Below, one piece after another: positions 28,401-36,605 of a DNA stretch of 64,000 nucleotides. Origin of the DNA: Nanobdellota archaeon (lineage in GTDB: Archaea > Aenigmatarchaeota > Aenigmatarchaeia > QMZP01); assembly GCA_018816245.1 (NCBI GenBank), contig JAHIVW010000002.1:18314-82313 (forward strand), in the 5' to 3' direction. The position numbers and the translations under genes are program-made. The notes under the pieces are model-generated. The model did not search any database, was not told where the DNA came from, and saw only the letters and a list, made by a program, of their open reading frames with translations. The first letter of the stretch is position 1; each line of letters begins with the position of its first letter.

Positions 28401-28727
28401 CTCCTCTGAAAAATTCAAGAGAATTGTTCCGAATGGGGAGACACGTGCCGCAAAGATCTTGCCTGTTCCTTGTAACTGAAAAAGGGTAATTGTCCCGTTT
28501 GTTGTGGTGACCTCACGTGTTTCGCCGACGGTATACCCAAGTGACAGAGCGAATTCCAACTGTTCCGCAAGATCGTTATCTGTTGCGATTCGGAATGCTA
28601 TGTCTGATTGCGTTAACATTGTTTGTGAAATGATCATTGGAGGCGAGTATGTGACATTCTGGGCAGCAGCGATTGTGGGAAGCAAAAGCAAGCCGAGCAA
28701 CAACAACCATTTCATTCTCCAGAACAC
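25458..28727 (-). CDS. giant secreted Cys-rich multidomain protein (MopE-like metal-binding motifs, DUF2341-like and discoidin-like regions)
   Basis: 1089 aa. Signal peptide ...LLLLPTIAAA|Q. Tandem Cys-rich repeats (DYPY[ST]C.G.CW.CN.GN). Three CxxxDxDCDG motifs (ETCNGIDDDLDGSIDEG, ETCNNVDDNCDGIVDN, ELCDGLDNDCDGYIDDE). WWDDHFSYRKEVTV...DIRFVKDGGELPYD is DUF2341-like. C-terminal F5/8-type-C-like block. Confidence 0.8.
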   Translation of the reverse strand: MFWRMKWLLLLGLLLLPTIAAAQNVTYSPPMIISQTMLTQSDIAFRIATDNDLAEQLEFALSLGYTVGETREVTTTNGTITLFQLQGTGKIFAARVSPFGTILLNFSEENSLTLFTKTGGMSFNLSDRTVHHSWGDFGKSGAGCDSGECFYLCAAWNIEQNSVYNDICGPVCTTCLESATVFYSPACVGCATCAAALVGWCSGSCLTDVCAWYPCFEDCNAKDGYYNSQWEYYCDGDQRWKHRHYIDFFCPTNVPGIIDPTTFCDSTIPYVDNTLVEVCQYGCDPTTNQCNGAVACYQDTDCGVDGWVNAPFCNGNDVWQVWRTYTCNNPGTQSASCASSDQQQLKQQCTSGSCSNGECGGSASCTNPDYPYSCQGACWMCNGGNDMYTLCCPQAGVQPQWCCPNNGPYCNTQTGACTNCGGDYPYTCGGTCWKCNAGNENNFLCCKPDGSTYCCPYGSVCDLENSGCSTLQPETCNGIDDDLDGSIDEGIPPEGCGTGLCAGGVQVCINGQWSSCSTVGNTQPETCNNVDDNCDGIVDNLASQSCGSDIGICHPGTQTCTNGVWGTCGGSGYVPPATELCDGLDNDCDGYIDDENVCGNYPSVTLDDPGPGDTVHGSQLVFSCSANDAQQLKNITLFTNVTGAYVALATLDTTQQEAVLQHATAPEGICDIVWNCQAYDPDNHEAWAPSPAVVRFVYTNSPPTTPRTLDCNNQACGGVYKNTIELACNGSDDPDGDELAYEIEGFFADPINSGSWWDDHFSYRKEVTVQGNGSGTTTVRVSLNDPDLLLHANVDKSDIRFVKDGGELPYDLRGNVAVVAVTLDSEGTSFYLYYGNVNTQTTETTLDEESFRIVHTFQNGIASTCRNGGQHCWDDMISHDWISLTGTGGASGDFATSGTDPRPLGSEYWTVDGSQHVGWVRLDLETVSRISALSQSVYNDSRTNTYNISVANSTDGPWLEVVPSAPRSQITTFDIPDVDVQHVLLFVTDMSAGSPMSEELEVWEIRVLESLLGTEETRVGKQWYPLGSHEQGSGANQPHVHWDITSLPSQRGVQVRCRASDGEGVSSVLTSSPFSIQGSFFAGRVDGYK

Positions 28728-28820
28728 ACCGTGCCGTCAGAAATAGGGGCTGTTGTTCGTACAACAAACTGGAGAGGAAATCAACCATAGGTTTTTAGGA
28801 AGGGATTCAAAGAAGCTGTC

Positions 28821-29138
28821 ATGAAGCCTGAAACGTACATCAATGCTGTCTTTTTCCTGGTCTTCCTGAACCTTCTTGGTGTCCTCTCCGAACAAACAAC
28901 CTGGAATGTCATTGGGCTCGCGGGGGCCCTTGTATTTGGTTTTCTCTTACTTGTGTACGGGATCCGGGCATCATGGGACTGGAAAAGCGCACGAAAATAT
29001 GGTGCTATTGGTATCATTGCATTTGGGATTGGACTGCTCAGTCAGCTGACCCACTGGGCTGCTCCGGTGACGTGGTTCTTCGTGAGCTACATCCTCCTCA
29101 TCACACTCTCTCGAAGGTACATAAAGCCAAGTGCATAA
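28821..29138 (+). CDS. small integral membrane protein
   Basis: 105 aa with four hydrophobic helices. Confidence 0.55.
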   Translation: MKPETYINAVFFLVFLNLLGVLSEQTTWNVIGLAGALVFGFLLLVYGIRASWDWKSARKYGAIGIIAFGIGLLSQLTHWAAPVTWFFVSYILLITLSRRYIKPSA

Positions 29139-29146
29139 TCCCACCC

Positions 29147-30334
29147 ATGCACTTCCTGATCCAGTACGGCAAGAACCCGGTCCTCTCCCTCGCAGAGATC
29201 GTCACCTATCTCGCAACGAGATCGATCCGGTTTACGTTGCTCAAGCACACTGACCGCTACTGTCTGCTCGATGCAGCAGCACTTCCATCAACCACAATTG
29301 ACGATCTCGGTGGCTCCTTGATGATCGTCCATCTTTTCGATCCAATCGAAGAACTCACGTTTGAAACATTCGACAATCTCAATTTCTTTCACGAAGCAAT
29401 CAAAGGGACCAAAACAGACAAGATCTCCTTCGCGTTTGTTGGATTCGGTGACACCGACCTCGCACTTTCAGTGTTGCAGGACTATGTCAAGGAACGAGCC
29501 AAACAAGAACGTATCCGTTATTTGTGGATCAACAAAAGCAAGGGCGAAAGTTTTCATGGCAGTTTCTCCCGGGCAGCATCACGGAAAGAAAGCGTCCAGA
29601 TTGTTGCATACGAAGAAAGGGGAGCAGTCCGAATCGGGTATGCAACTGGTGTTCATGATCCGTTTGCATTTCGCCATCGTGACTTAGGAAGACCAGAACA
29701 GCGATCAATTTACTCAATTCCTCCGCGGCTTGCACGCATTCTCCTGAACTTGGCACGCATCCAACCGACCAGTACAATTGTTGACCCGTTCTGCGGCATT
29801 GGCGGTATTCTCCAAGAGGCAGCACTCCTTGGCGCACGCGCCTATGGATTTGATGTAAACGGAAAAATTATCCCGAAGGCACAGGCAAACATCGACTGGC
29901 TTGCCAAGGAAGTAGGTATTGACAGAAATCAGGTGAAACTCGCGCAAAGTGAAGTGAACGACCTTTCGAAAAAATGCAAGCTAGGAACGATTGACGCAGT
30001 CGTGACCGAACCATACATGGGGCCACCACTCCGAGGAAGACCGAACCGAGAACAATCGAATGCCATTCTTGACGAGCTCAAGCCGCTCTATGCAGCACTT
30101 ATTCGGGAGGCTGGGAAGATCCTCAGACAAGGCGGCCGTGCCGTGATCGTTGGTCCCAGCTTTATGTTGAAGAAGAAATTGGTCGGCCTTCCCTTTGACC
30201 ACTTCGCGAAGCAGGCAGGAATGAAGGTCGTAAACCCTCTAGCTGGCCAGCCCGTGGATGCGAGTGTCCCATTCGCTGACTTCACGGACCGCCACCGGAC
30301 GATCCGGCAGATCTGGGTGCTCGAGAAGCAGTAA
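29147..30334 (+). CDS. SAM-dependent RNA (guanine-N2) methyltransferase, Trm11/TrmG10-like (UPF0020 family)
   Basis: Start moved to ATG 29147 (MHFLIQYGKNPVLSLAEI...). Motif I VDPFCGIGGILQEAALLG and motif IV-like VVTEPYMGPP. Confidence 0.6.
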   Translation: MHFLIQYGKNPVLSLAEIVTYLATRSIRFTLLKHTDRYCLLDAAALPSTTIDDLGGSLMIVHLFDPIEELTFETFDNLNFFHEAIKGTKTDKISFAFVGFGDTDLALSVLQDYVKERAKQERIRYLWINKSKGESFHGSFSRAASRKESVQIVAYEERGAVRIGYATGVHDPFAFRHRDLGRPEQRSIYSIPPRLARILLNLARIQPTSTIVDPFCGIGGILQEAALLGARAYGFDVNGKIIPKAQANIDWLAKEVGIDRNQVKLAQSEVNDLSKKCKLGTIDAVVTEPYMGPPLRGRPNREQSNAILDELKPLYAALIREAGKILRQGGRAVIVGPSFMLKKKLVGLPFDHFAKQAGMKVVNPLAGQPVDASVPFADFTDRHRTIRQIWVLEKQ

Positions 30335-30375
30335 TATAAGCTTTGGTTCCCACAGATACTCCGGAGGAGTGTGGT

Positions 30376-30672
30376 ATGGCGATTCAAGTTGCAAGTGTTT
30401 CTGAAACCTGGATGAAAGACGTCTTCACGACTAAGGGTCTCTACTGCGGCAAGGTCGAGGATGTTGAATGCGACCTTCGGCGCTTCAAGATGAAGGCCAT
30501 CGTGATCAAGGCGGTCAAGGGCTCCTACCTCACTGAGATGCTCGGCGGCAAGAAGGGACTGATTGTTCCGTTCCCCATGGTCGACGCAATCGGTGACGTG
30601 ATCCTGATCAAGCACATCAGCACCCCGGTGCACGAAGGCTCAGGCGAAGGCGCAGAACCAACGAACGACTGA
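30376..30672 (+). CDS. PRC-barrel-like small protein (tentative)
   Basis: Start at ATG 30376 (MAIQVASVSETWMKDVFTTKGLYCGKVEDVECD...). The layout resembles PRC-barrel proteins; the assignment is weak. Confidence 0.4.
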   Translation: MAIQVASVSETWMKDVFTTKGLYCGKVEDVECDLRRFKMKAIVIKAVKGSYLTEMLGGKKGLIVPFPMVDAIGDVILIKHISTPVHEGSGEGAEPTND

Positions 30673-30673
30673 T

Positions 30674-31645
30674 TTACGCGGGAATCTTCCGGGTGAGTAT
30701 TTCCTTTCCCCTGTTCTTCATGAGGATCATATCTTCGTAGCGGCAGCCACCGAATTTTTTCACGTAGATGCCCGGTTCGACGGTGACGACATTCCCTGGC
30801 TTCAGTTCGGTAAACGATTCGTGGACACTCAATCCAATACCATGCCCAAAGGCGTGCTGGACAGAATATCGTTTCCTCTTAGCGAGCTGCTCGTAGAATG
30901 CCTGGATATCGTTGAACGTTTTCCCAATCTCAAGAACATCAATGATTTGTTGTTGAATGTTGGAGACATCCTCAAGCAACTGGTTTTCTCTTTTCCCCGG
31001 CTTGGTGCACCACATTCTCGTTGTATCTGAACAGTAGCCGTGTACCTTTGCCCCGAAATCGAAGATAACCAAATCCGTCTTTTTGGGACGATAGGATCCC
31101 GGCGTGTGGTGAATAAAGTTCCCACTGTTCGTTCCGCCTGCAACAATTGTTTGGAATGCAGGAACAGCGCCTTGCCTGAAGACCTGCTGATCAAATTGCT
31201 GTGCGATCATTGCTTCTGTTCCACTAAGCCGTGTTTTCTTGTATGCCTTTGCAGCGATTCGAATTGTTTGTCTAATCAATTCAATTTCCTTTGCTGACTT
31301 TATTTCTCGCGGTTTTTTTATCGATCCAGCAGCCTTCACGAGTTTTGTTTTCTTTTTCAGGAGAAGGAACGTGCTCGTTCTCAATGTCGTCTCATCAAAC
31401 GCGACCGTTTTCTCGGAAAGTGTTTTCAAGAGTGTGCCGACAGGTTTGACACGTACAGCAGCACGGACTTTTCCAACAAGCGGAGAAACAAAAAGCGCCG
31501 GTTTTCCGTGCGAAACCACCAAGAAATACTGCTCATCGTCAGTGGGTTGGTAGCCGGTATAATAGAAAACATCTTCCGGTGACGAGAGGAGTATCGTTCC
31601 TGCGTCAACGGATTTCCTGAGCGCTGCAACGCGCGCTGCAAACAT
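30674..31645 (-). CDS. M24-family Xaa-Pro aminopeptidase/dipeptidase
   Basis: 323 aa. Pita-bread fold metal ligands in context (VIFDFGAKVHGYCSDTTR, HAFGHGIGLSVHE, TVEPGIY, YEDMIL). Confidence 0.8.
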   Translation of the reverse strand: MFAARVAALRKSVDAGTILLSSPEDVFYYTGYQPTDDEQYFLVVSHGKPALFVSPLVGKVRAAVRVKPVGTLLKTLSEKTVAFDETTLRTSTFLLLKKKTKLVKAAGSIKKPREIKSAKEIELIRQTIRIAAKAYKKTRLSGTEAMIAQQFDQQVFRQGAVPAFQTIVAGGTNSGNFIHHTPGSYRPKKTDLVIFDFGAKVHGYCSDTTRMWCTKPGKRENQLLEDVSNIQQQIIDVLEIGKTFNDIQAFYEQLAKRKRYSVQHAFGHGIGLSVHESFTELKPGNVVTVEPGIYVKKFGGCRYEDMILMKNRGKEILTRKIPA

Positions 31646-31672
31646 GATCTTCTTATACCAATCTGGGAATAA

Positions 31673-32338
31673 ATGTTCATGCTTCGGATAGGCCTTGCGT
31701 CGCTGCTCAGGAATGCGCGCCTTCAGAAATCAGTTGTCTCGCTTATCCAGCGTGGCGGCGTGGTCATTTATCCGACAGATACTGTGTATGGTATCGGCTG
31801 TGATGCAACAAATGCTGAGGCTGTCCAGAGGCTCCATAAAACAAAAGAATCGCCCAGAACGAAGCCGCTCTCGGTCATTGCTCCTTCAAAGTCATGGATC
31901 ATCAAAAATACGAAGGCCAAGGCCGCTGATCTCCGCCTGCTTCCTGGGCCCTACACCCTTCTCCTTCATAAGAAACGGCCAGCATTCCTGAAACATGTTG
32001 CTCCTGGAACAACGCTTGGGGTGCGTATTCCAGACCATCCAATTTCTCGGCTGGTGAAACTGATCGGTGTCCCTCTCATCACAACAAGCGCGAACAAATC
32101 AAATCAATCGCTGATGACAAACATGAAAACCATTCCCTTTGAGAAGGGCGTCCAGATCGTGATCAACGGCGGATCGCTGAAGAAGAAGCCGAGCACGATC
32201 ATTGACTTGACGGGGAAGGAACCGGTTGTGATCGAGCGAACCAATAAAAAGCAGCAGGTAAAGAAGAGGCATGCGACTCGTGCTCGGACTGCTCGCGCTC
32301 ATCGTGTTCATCGCCGGGTGCACCGCAAGCGGAGGTGA
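31673..32338 (+). CDS. tsaC: L-threonylcarbamoyladenylate synthase (TsaC/Sua5 YrdC domain)
   Basis: [25 protein letters not shown] and LITTSANKS. The Arg-rich tail overlaps the next gene by 68 nt. Confidence 0.8.
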   Translation: MFMLRIGLASLLRNARLQKSVVSLIQRGGVVIYPTDTVYGIGCDATNAEAVQRLHKTKESPRTKPLSVIAPSKSWIIKNTKAKAADLRLLPGPYTLLLHKKRPAFLKHVAPGTTLGVRIPDHPISRLVKLIGVPLITTSANKSNQSLMTNMKTIPFEKGVQIVINGGSLKKKPSTIIDLTGKEPVVIERTNKKQQVKKRHATRARTARAHRVHRRVHRKRR

Positions 32339-32804
32339 CGGCATGACGACAGCAACGTTTGAAACAACCAAGGGAACATTTACCGTAGAATTGTTTACAG
32401 ACAAAGCACCGAATACGACGGCAAACTTCATCAAACTTGCGAAAGATGGATTTTATGACGGGACAATCTTCCACCGCGTGATCGATGGTTTTATGATTCA
32501 AGGTGGTGATCCGACGGGCACCGGCATGGGTGGCCCGGGATACATGATTCAGGACGAATTCCACCCAGACTTGAAGCACGACGGACCAGGGACCCTCTCC
32601 ATGGCGAATGCTGGCCCGAACACCGGTGGATCGCAATTCTTCATTACTGTTGCCGCGACACCGTGGCTGGACGGGAAGCATGCGGTGTTCGGTAAGGTGA
32701 CCGACGGGTTGGACGTCGTCATGGAGATCAGCAAGGTGCAGACAGACGCGAACGACCGGCCGGTTGAAGAAGTGAAAATCACGAAGCTGACTGTCAAAGA
32801 GTAG
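32271..32804 (+). CDS. cyclophilin-type peptidyl-prolyl isomerase, lipoprotein form
   Basis: Lipobox VFIAGC|TASG, then [15 protein letters not shown] and [16 protein letters not shown]. Confidence 0.85.
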   Translation: MRLVLGLLALIVFIAGCTASGGDGMTTATFETTKGTFTVELFTDKAPNTTANFIKLAKDGFYDGTIFHRVIDGFMIQGGDPTGTGMGGPGYMIQDEFHPDLKHDGPGTLSMANAGPNTGGSQFFITVAATPWLDGKHAVFGKVTDGLDVVMEISKVQTDANDRPVEEVKITKLTVKE

Positions 32805-32892
32805 CTATGGCATGGAAACGGATCCTCATCTACATCATTGTACTCTTGATTATCTTTTTCGTTGTGCTGCCGTTGATGCAGGTGGTATAGGA

Positions 32893-33058
32893 CGCCGGCG
32901 GCAGGAGTCGAACCTACACGTCCTTTCGGACACCAGATATCCAGATGGTTGCTCTTCACGTCCGCCGTTATCCGAGTCAAGCCAAGCGATCATCGAGCCG
33001 AAGCCCTCGCCATATCTGATTCTCAAGTCTGGCGCGTTAGCCATTCCGCCACGCCGGC
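32893..33058 (-). tRNA. tRNA-Ser (anticodon TGA) with a ~83-nt intron at the canonical 37/38 position
   Basis: Exon 1 is 33058-33022 (GCCGGCG TG GCG GAATGGCTAA CGC G CCAGA CTTGAG). Exon 2 is 32938-32893 (A TCTGG + variable arm TGTCCGAAAGGACGT + GTAGGTTCGACTCCTGC + CGCCGGC + G73). The intron is 33021-32939. The exact junction is ambiguous because ATCTGG is duplicated. Confidence 0.75.
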
Positions 33059-33110
33059 TGTGCACACGTTTTGGGCGTTGCTATTTAAGTGTGCACCGGA
33101 GAGTCTGTCC

Positions 33111-33767
33111 ATGGGACGAATTATCCTCATTTCAACATCGCACGTTGCACAGGACAGCGCGAAGGCCGTCAAACTCATGGTCGAGCGCGAGCAACCACAG
33201 TGCATTGCTGTCGAACTCGACCCGCTCCGCTATCAAGCCATGGAGGCAGGTATCGAAGCACCCAAACGGGAGGTGCTCCGCTCCTTTGGACCTGCGGTCG
33301 GTTCCCTCCTCCTGATCCTTCGCTATGCCCAAAAAAAGATCGGACGAAAACTTGGTGTCCTTGCAGGCATTGACATGCGCGCCGGTGTGGACGCTGCCCG
33401 AGAGGCGAAGATCCCGGTCGCATTTATCGATCAGGACATTCGCTTGACAGCACTCAGATTGCGAACCCTTCCGCGGAGGGAATTTCTCAGGATCTTTGGC
33501 TATCTCTTGTTTGGGTTGCCGGCGGCATTGATAATGAAAGAAAATATCATTGAGCAGGTTCCCGACCAACCAACGGTTGCCGAGGCCATGGCCTTCATGA
33601 AACTGAAGCTCCCGAACTTGCATCGGGTCTTGGTGGAAGAGCGGAATAGGACCATGGCGCAACGATTGGCAAAACTTTCGTTGCGGTACGATCCTCTTGT
33701 TGCTGTTGTTGGAGCCGGACACACCGAAGGGATTAAGAAACTGCTTGCGCAACCGATTGTTGCTTAA
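33111..33767 (+). CDS. TraB/GumN-family protein
   Basis: Start moved to ATG 33111, because ORF 32949.. overlaps the tRNA. IILISTSHVAQDSAKAVKLMVEREQPQCIAVELD and AVVGAGHTEGI are TraB-family blocks. Confidence 0.7.
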   Translation: MGRIILISTSHVAQDSAKAVKLMVEREQPQCIAVELDPLRYQAMEAGIEAPKREVLRSFGPAVGSLLLILRYAQKKIGRKLGVLAGIDMRAGVDAAREAKIPVAFIDQDIRLTALRLRTLPRREFLRIFGYLLFGLPAALIMKENIIEQVPDQPTVAEAMAFMKLKLPNLHRVLVEERNRTMAQRLAKLSLRYDPLVAVVGAGHTEGIKKLLAQPIVA

Positions 33768-34429
33768 TTTCCAAACCGCCGCTTCTGTTCCTTGTACCAC
33801 ACTAAGATTTCGTCGAACTCTTTCTTCGTGAACTCCGGCCACATGCTTTTCGAGAACCAGATCTCCGCATAGCTTGACTGGTACAGCATGAAGTTCGACA
33901 ACCGGTGTTGGTCTCCGGTCCGGATCAGCAAGTCAACCGGCTCCCGAACGAGCAGGAACTTGTCCAACTGTTCCAACGGTCGCTTGGCAACCTTCTTGAC
34001 CGCGCTCGCAATCTCAAACTTCGAACCATAAGCAATGAGTACGTTCAACAAAATTTTACTGTACTGTTTTGTTGAATTGATAGCGTGCTTGACTGCCTCG
34101 TTCAAGTCAGGATGCCACATATTCTTGTCTCCCAATACCCGGATCCGGATCTGCTTCTCCTTGACCTTGGGATCTCGGGCAAACTCATTAATCGTTTGTG
34201 TGTACAGATCCCAAAGATTCTCGACCTCTTCATCAGATCGATGGAGATTTTCAGTTGAAAGTCCGTAAATCGTGACCGTCTTGATCTCCGGATATTCGAG
34301 ACACCAATCGAGGAACTCAGAAATTTTCTTCTTCCCTTCCCAGTGTCCGACTGCAACCGGCAGGCCTTTTTGCTTGGCGTATCGCCGGTTTCCGTCAGGG
34401 ATTAAACCTATGTGAATTCCTTTAGCCAT
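33764..34429 (-). CDS. uppS: cis-prenyltransferase (undecaprenyl/di-trans,poly-cis-polyprenyl diphosphate synthase)
   Basis: IGLIPDGNRRYA and IRTGDQHRLSNFMLYQSSYAEIWF. Confidence 0.85.
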   Translation of the reverse strand: MAKGIHIGLIPDGNRRYAKQKGLPVAVGHWEGKKKISEFLDWCLEYPEIKTVTIYGLSTENLHRSDEEVENLWDLYTQTINEFARDPKVKEKQIRIRVLGDKNMWHPDLNEAVKHAINSTKQYSKILLNVLIAYGSKFEIASAVKKVAKRPLEQLDKFLLVREPVDLLIRTGDQHRLSNFMLYQSSYAEIWFSKSMWPEFTKKEFDEILVWYKEQKRRFGN

Positions 34430-34463
34430 ATGTCCGCTCTAGAGAGTATAGGTAGATATACCT

Positions 34464-35303
34464 TTAGTCATAGAAGAGCATGAGCTCGTCGATCCGATTG
34501 TCTGCAGAAGGATGCACAACAAAAAACTGATTGAACCAGCTCCTCCCAAAGGGATTGGCAAACCACATATGCGCATTTGCGTTTCCACCAGCACTCGGTT
34601 GCTCAAGAATTTTCTTGTTGATCTTCCGGATCGCAGATGCAAGCGAATCAGGATATTGTAGCACAAGCATGGCACGATAATCTGCCTTGAATGTGTCCTT
34701 CGGTGAGATTGTGATATGCACGAGGATCGCTGCAAACGGGACAATCAGCAACGCGGCAATCGCGCTCAGAAGCCCTTTCTGTTTGTTGGTATTCCTATAT
34801 TTGAGATACCCGTATACAAAAGCACGGCTTGCGATCGCAGAGAGTGGTGCAGTGAGAAATGCGACCACGTTGCGTGCAACTGTCGTACAGGTGGCGATGT
34901 GCTCTATTTCGTGGGCAAGCACCGCCTCGATCTCATGATCATCAAGCTGTTCCATGAGCCCGGTCGTGAGCGCAATCGAGCTCCGGTCCCTGCTCCAAGC
35001 AACAGAAAACGCATTAGGAAGGTTGCTGTCCATGAAGTAGAGTCGCGGAACCTCGATATGGCGATTCAGGGCCTGTCGCGCAGCGAGTTCTGTGATCACT
35101 GGATCATCAAGGGGAACTGCCTTGGAGGTCCAGAGCAAGTATCGAGGACCAGCAACATACGCGAGGACGAGGAGTCCTGCAGTCATCCCTGCTGCTGCGA
35201 GGAGGCCGATGGTCCCGGCAAGGAAAAAGCCGACTGCTCCGAACATGAGCCAGAGTGTGAGTCCTAGCGTCATGACCGTAAACGCGTTCATGGTCTTCAT
35301 CAC
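34464..35303 (-). CDS. htpX: M48-family zinc metalloprotease HtpX
   Basis: N-terminal TM helices, the HEIEH zinc motif (AVLAHEIEHI) and further TM helices. Confidence 0.8.
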   Translation of the reverse strand: MMKTMNAFTVMTLGLTLWLMFGAVGFFLAGTIGLLAAAGMTAGLLVLAYVAGPRYLLWTSKAVPLDDPVITELAARQALNRHIEVPRLYFMDSNLPNAFSVAWSRDRSSIALTTGLMEQLDDHEIEAVLAHEIEHIATCTTVARNVVAFLTAPLSAIASRAFVYGYLKYRNTNKQKGLLSAIAALLIVPFAAILVHITISPKDTFKADYRAMLVLQYPDSLASAIRKINKKILEQPSAGGNANAHMWFANPFGRSWFNQFFVVHPSADNRIDELMLFYD

Positions 35304-35346
35304 AGGGGAGTAGCATTTAAACGTTTGCCCTAACCTCGCAGAAGCG

Positions 35347-35964
35347 TTATGCGTCGGATGCTGGCTCGCACTTCGCTGCAGAGACCGTAATGCTGTTTAG
35401 GAGGTCATACCACTTGTTCCAATCCCTGCTCGCATCTTCATCGAACGAGTATGATGTGAGGCCCGAACCAGGACCAATTTGTATATCAACAAGTGAAGCT
35501 GAAAGACAAATAGTTACAATATCATGACCAATAGGCAGCGTTTCATGCTGTATCCCCTGATTGGAACATTGGACAGGTGGTTGGTAATAGTTCGCAGTCT
35601 CGTCGATGCATCCAGCAGAACTGAGTGTTGCGGTCGTTGTGCTTCCTGATGAACCACCCTCCCCTTTCCTTGACGGGGTTGTGTGGGCTATCCCAGAATC
35701 TACGACGACGAAGCAGGTGGTTAGTCCGTTATAGGTAAACGAGGATATCGCGTATGATGCTGTCCTTGGGTTCAATCCATCATCGAAATCTACACAATGT
35801 CGTATAGACCTCTGGGTAGGTTGATCAGAAGGGACTGCCTGTTTCCCAGCAGTCACATCAAACCCAGCCAACCCAAACTGGAATGCAAGAAACAGGATCC
35901 CGACGACTGCTGCAAAAAGAACGAGAGAGACTGTACCTCTTGGTTCACGTTTCCGCGCTCTCAT
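35347..35964 (-). CDS. hypothetical exported protein with a possible class III (pilin-like) signal
   Basis: 205 aa. N-terminus MRARKREPRG|TVSLVLFAAVVGILFLAF resembles the RG|Q[VL]EF... N-termini at 60703 and 54465. Confidence 0.5.
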   Translation of the reverse strand: MRARKREPRGTVSLVLFAAVVGILFLAFQFGLAGFDVTAGKQAVPSDQPTQRSIRHCVDFDDGLNPRTASYAISSFTYNGLTTCFVVVDSGIAHTTPSRKGEGGSSGSTTTATLSSAGCIDETANYYQPPVQCSNQGIQHETLPIGHDIVTICLSASLVDIQIGPGSGLTSYSFDEDASRDWNKWYDLLNSITVSAAKCEPASDA

Positions 35965-36049
35965 TGTATTTTATTTACTCCGTATTGCTTATAAACCCAG
36001 GATGGCAGCAGATACGTGCTTTTCAAGGCGGTGCTCCTACTTAGAGCAC

Positions 36050-36121
36050 GGGCCGGTAGATCAATGGTAGATCGCCACCTTGGCATGGTGGAGGCTCCGG
36101 GTTCAAGTCCCGGCCGGTCCA
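36050..36121 (+). tRNA. tRNA-Ala (anticodon GGC)
   Basis: Identical to the tRNA at 15170 except for the anticodon arm (CCACC-TTGGCAT-GGTGG). G3:U70 is present. Confidence 0.9.
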
Positions 36122-36585
36122 TCAAAAGAGCGTTTTATCCACGATACGATCTTCTGGACCGTTGTTTTAGCATTGGTTGTTTCAACGTCGAGGAGGGGGA
36201 GATTCCGTTCATATGCCTCAGCAAGGATCACTTCCATGATCTCTGCCTCAAGGTTTTCTGCGATCTTCTTTTCCGGCCAGTTCCGCTGCTCCATCCGGGA
36301 GCGGAGTTCCTTCTGGTCACAGCGCAGGACAACAATCCCGTTGCAGGGCATGTCGTGTGCGTAATGCGATTCAATGATAAGGTTCCTAGAGCGTTTTTTG
36401 ATTTCGTTTGCGAGTTTCTCAAGGTCAACAATTTTCGAATCTCGGTCCTTGTCAGTACCAAGGTAGAAATTCTTTTCTGCAGCAAGGTCGTTCAGGGAGA
36501 CATACTCCCAGCCGAGTTCCTTCGCGACCACCTTCGCAGTCTCCGTCTTTCCCGTGCAGGGCGTGCCCGTTATTGCGATGATCAT
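36103..36585 (-). CDS. Fap7/AK6-type adenylate kinase-like NTPase
   Basis: Start at ATG 36585 (MIIAITGTPCTGKTETAK...). The size and P-loop are typical of archaeal Fap7. The 3' end overlaps the tRNA-Ala 3' end by 19 nt (convergent). Confidence 0.7.
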   Translation of the reverse strand: MIIAITGTPCTGKTETAKVVAKELGWEYVSLNDLAAEKNFYLGTDKDRDSKIVDLEKLANEIKKRSRNLIIESHYAHDMPCNGIVVLRCDQKELRSRMEQRNWPEKKIAENLEAEIMEVILAEAYERNLPLLDVETTNAKTTVQKIVSWIKRSFDGPAGT

Positions 36586-36605
36586 GACCTCCCTTTTAAA
36601 GTTGG

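Noticed and set aside
28973-29146. N-terminal extension of the methyltransferase ORF 28973..30334
   Set aside because: It overlaps the membrane-protein ORF 28821..29138 in another frame and has an odd W/C/H-rich composition. Homology starts at ATG 29147.
32949-33110. N-terminal 54 codons of listed ORF 32949..33767
   Set aside because: They run antisense through the intron-containing tRNA-Ser(UGA). The TraB-family homology begins at ATG 33111.
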